This document shows, one piece after another, positions 35,826-39,259 of a DNA stretch of 39,259 nucleotides. The notes beneath the pieces were generated by a model, which saw nothing but the letters and a program-made list of their open reading frames with translations, did no database searches and had not been told where the DNA came from. The number at the start of each line of letters is the position of its first letter. Within the stretch, counting starts at the first letter, position 1. The stretch comes from Halocafeteria seosinensis (Eukaryota), in contig LVLI01000673.1 in NCBI GenBank assembly GCA_001687465.1, positions 1-39,259 on the forward strand, given 5' to 3'. Position numbers and translations under genes: made by a program.

Positions 35826-36220
35826 TGGGCTATGTTGATGAAACTGAGGTGGACGGAATTCCTGGGGAGCCACCTCCCGCGTCAGGTGGTGGCTTGTCAT
35901 TGGTCACAACTGTTGCGTCGGGAATAACACTTAATCCTGCCTGCGCTGCTGCAACCGGTCTTGGCTGTGGCAGGCTTAGGGTCTTCTCCTGCCAGACTGA
36001 GCCTTGTCGGTACCTCTGACATTGTGGGCGCAGGCATGACTCCTCCCCCGATGCCTCCTCCGATGCCTCCTGAGCATAACCAGTGTTGTGTTCCCTCACG
36101 GCGCATGTCAGCAAGGCTGCAGGAACAGCGGGCCCGTCGCTGCTTAACACGGGTCCTCGTTAAGAGGATGTGGTCAACTTCCCGGCCGGTGGGCTATCTG
36201 TCACATTTGTGTGTGTGTGT
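35826..36220 (+). mobile_element. Family A retroposon, long copy (395 bp)
   Basis: Colinear with 6305-6690, same 5' start; 5-nt deletion frameshift, 12-nt PPMP duplication, (TG)n tail. Only a degenerate flank match (cctTcaaTctg / cctAcaactg). Confidence 0.9.
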
Positions 36221-36367
36221 CCTACAACTGCTTTCTCTTCACCGAGTGCCGCGAAAGATAGCAAAAGGGTGGTTGCAGTGAGTAGAATTTCTATTTGCTA
36301 TTTGCTGTTGATATTTGGGGTAGTTTTCTCCGTAATGTGTGTTCTCCGTAATTGGGCCGTATAGCTT

Positions 36368-36403
36368 CCCGGCCGGTGGGCTATCTGTCACATTTGTGTG
36401 TGT
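36368..36403 (+). mobile_element. Family A 3' tip (about 36-41 bp)
   Basis: CCCGGCCGGTGGGCTATCTGTCACATT(TG)n between GTATAGCTT at 36359-36367 and 36404-36412; the repeat overlaps element sequence at both ends (microhomology). Confidence 0.85.
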
Positions 36404-36470
36404 GTATAGCTTACCACCTCCCCCTTCTAAAGTTCCAGTTTCTACACAGAAGGGAAAAAGCAGAAACACT

Positions 36471-37825
36471 ATGGTGAACAAATTTTACGTGCCCATAGGG
36501 CAGTATAAAGTAGCAGGTAAGTGTACTTGTGTATTTTGCTGTGTCAACAATGGTGTTTGTTTAACCTAATGCCACTGACCACTGGATCACGTGTAATATA
36601 GAATCGACTCATCCTGGTCTCCATGACCAACGAATATCACTGTTCACACGACCTGCAGGGTTCATGATCATCTTGGCGATTATAGCCATAGAATTGGCAG
36701 CCCTCTTAGCTCCGGATTGGGGCGAAAATGACTCTTGTGGTATCGGACTTTTTTCCTATCGTTGGGTAAGGTTACCTTCAGGAAGGCAGCGTCAGACAGT
36801 CTACCAAACTGTGTTGTACTTGATATCTTCTGCAGAAAGACGCCGGTACAGGGGAAATGCCTGCCGGAGATACCTCTGAGGTTATCGTTAAAAAATTTGT
36901 TGCTAGTAGAGCTCTCATGGTAATTGCTACTGGTATGAGCTTCACCCTCTTCTTTGCTTTCCCTATGAAGGCAAATAAATGCGTGGGATGTTCAGCAATT
37001 TTTTCAGGCGAGTTACGTCATAAAAGCGTTGTCGTCTTCCCTTTATTTCCCAATTGGTTTCGTATTGGTTCGTGAAATTCAGGAATCCTTCTTTTTTCTG
37101 TGGCGGGGTTGATGAAACCGTTCATTGATAATTTTGGAAGCTGGACAGAGGTGAACAATATTTGCCCTCAAGACACCGACATGTCAACTGGTGCCTGTTT
37201 TACTTTAGCAATAGTCGGAGGTTGCATGCTTATTGGTATACTCCCCCTAATGCAATGCATCAAACCAAAAGGTGAGGGGGAGGCATCCGCGGAAACGAGT
37301 GAGAGCTTACTGAAAAGAGATGCTGGTCACTTTCACATGGATATTCCGCAATACCGTGGAGGACACTATTCACCGTATTCCCATCAATCTTTCCCCCCGT
37401 ATCCTCAACAGCCACAAGCTGCCTGGCAGCAGCAACCCTCTAGCGCGAACCAGTTTGGTCAGTCCTTGTATCCCCTAGTACCTCCCGGACAGTACCCGGA
37501 AAGACAAATGTTCAATCCAGAAGGCAACAATACCAGGATCAACTATCCTCAACCATCTTGTCCTCAGCATCCTCAACAGCTACGGGTTGACTGGCAACAG
37601 CAACCCTTTTTCGGAGCTAACCAATTTGGTCAGTACATGCTATCACCTCCCAGACAGTCACCGGAAGGGTCCGAGAATAATCAATCTAGTCAGTACTCAC
37701 ATAGACCTGCAATATGGAGTCCAACACCTACCAGAGAGGATCTGCAAGGAGCAATGCCCAATCCAAAGGATAACGAAACCAGGAATAACCACTGTGGTCA
37801 GTACCCAGCACCTTCGAAGACCTAA
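36471..37825 (+). CDS. Claudin/PMP22-like four-TM protein with Pro/Gln-rich tail (4 exons)
   Basis: Exons join MVNKF…VAG|FMIILAIIAIELAALLAPDW…GLFSY; four hydrophobic segments; W…GLF claudin-like motif; internally repeated tail (WQQQP..ANQFGQ twice). Confidence 0.6.
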
Positions 37826-38170
37826 CAATGTGGAACCCAAAGAGTAGCAAGCGAATACTTGCTCATGCAAACATTCACCATAACAATATCAACATTTTAT
37901 TTATTTGGAGTTTTTAAGTCTTTGCTCGCTTGCCTGCCAGGCCATAAACGTACGTCAAATGGCGGGCGTAGACCAAGCTCTCAGTGATCCCATGCCAGCG
38001 TGCATTTCTTGGACTCCTAGCCCCTCACCTGGGATTCCATACCATCGACTTGCGTCGTGTCGTATGCAGTAATAACAAGACAATCAACAGGTTGCCGTGC
38101 GTGCAGCGCGTAGCGATGCGTGCAAATTTCGCCCTTGATTCAGCACGGCTGTGACAACTAATCAGGAGAT

Positions 38171-38471
38171 TAAGTAAAATATATAGAATTAAATTATAAA
38201 ATTTTCAACATAATATTTTATACAATATTTTTTACACTTTTGAGAATTTTGTACACTTTTAAATCTTATTTTTAAAATATATATTGAAAGTATTTTTTTA
38301 AATGAAATTTATATTTACCATATGGTGTATATAGAGAAAGCAAAAATGGTGAATAGCGTCAGCGTTTTTGATGTTTGGCTTTGAGCGTAGCGAAAAGTCA
38401 ACACATCAAAAATTCACCAGTTTTCCTATAGTAATATATAGGGATTTAATCTAAACTAAGTCTTTTTTTTC
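38171..38471. other. Extremely AT-rich island with long imperfect hairpin
   Basis: 18 G+C in 150 nt (38171-38320, hand count); hairpin 38347-38419. Confidence 0.75.
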
Positions 38472-38656
38472 ATGAAGCGGACAGCTTCTTCACATGCTGC
38501 ACGGTTTCTTTCACCCGCATGCCTCACATGCCTTAGACTGAGTAATGCCGCTTGCGGGTTGAGCCCCCGTTATTATTTCTGGTGTGTGCCGTTTGTTGTC
38601 ACCGCAGATTCATCCAAGAAGGTGAAATTCATGGACCTATGTAGTATACTGTACAG

Positions 38657-39259
38657 TTCCACCAAGGTTGAAGTGGTTGTACAAGCCTGTATGTATTGTT
38701 GTACCTCCTGAGCCGTAGCGTATCCTGGTAGTACTACACTGTCGTCGTGCTGCCTTCAATTGTTACAGTACCATCAATCAATCACGGTGGGTCATGGAGA
38801 AGGAGAAAGTGGTGCGCAAGACCCGCGTGGTGACGGCAGTCTTTGGCCCCGGGAGCGCCGTTCTGACGCGTGAAACAGGCAAACATGCTCGAATGACCGC
38901 GCAATGCAAGGCTTCACTGCCTCCCGAGCATGTCCTCGACACCATCTGGCAGGATGATTGGGGAGCTCCGACACGCTTCTATGGGGGGCAAGAGGAATCG
39001 CCGTCCACGAAATCCCACAAACCTCGCAAGAGCCAATCCCTCAGTGAATGGGTCAATGCCTTGGGAGCGCATGTTTTCCCCGAGGACATCACTGTTCAAC
39101 AATCCCACGAGGACCCCCAGGGACGACCACAGGAGGAATACCGAAGCCGAATTCACTCGTTTGGATGTAATACGGCAATTAATTTTTATGGAACGTGCCT
39201 CACACGGTACTTGCCCGTGGATCCCGGTTCTCCTTCGGCTGGGTTCTTCAAACTAATCG
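38657..39259 (+). repeat. Near-identical duplicate of 7053-7655 (upstream region + 5' CDS of DENN gene; ATG 38794), runs off the window
   Basis: 603 bp colinear at offset 31604, 7 substitutions counted by eye, no indels. Confidence 0.95.

Overview
Eukaryotic nuclear DNA from a compact, intron-containing protist-like genome (about 45-50% GC by eye, mostly 60-75 nt GT-AG introns; a stramenopile-like origin is inference only). Intact genes: a partial gene ending at 877 (possible TBC1D23-type PH tail), a DENN+PH Rab-GEF, an LRRC72-like LRR/EF-hand protein, a PRL/PTP4A phosphatase, DYRK1 kinase, a Zn2Cys6 protein, the DNA polymerase epsilon catalytic subunit, eIF4B and a claudin/PMP22-like 4-TM protein. 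A near-identical second copy of the DENN gene 5' end runs off the right edge. Not visible in the ORF track is a dense retrotransposon layer. (i) A dispersed family of at least 8 copies (14-395 bp) shares one 3' end (…GTGGGCTATCTGTCACATT(TG)n), is variably 5'-truncated and is mostly flanked by 5-9 bp target-site duplications; one copy splits a GH32 invertase gene at a splice donor. (ii) A sister subfamily with a (TCG)n tail keeps two 3' hairpins through wobble/compensatory changes, with the stop codon in a hairpin loop. (iii) There is a decayed RNase H relic, and a decayed restriction-like endonuclease (RLE) relic carrying a clean 43-bp insertion. Also present: a 12% GC island with a long hairpin, a palindromic 38-bp minisatellite and putative Tc1/mariner footprints. 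No rRNA, tRNA or CRISPR was seen. All calls are by eye; no searches were run.
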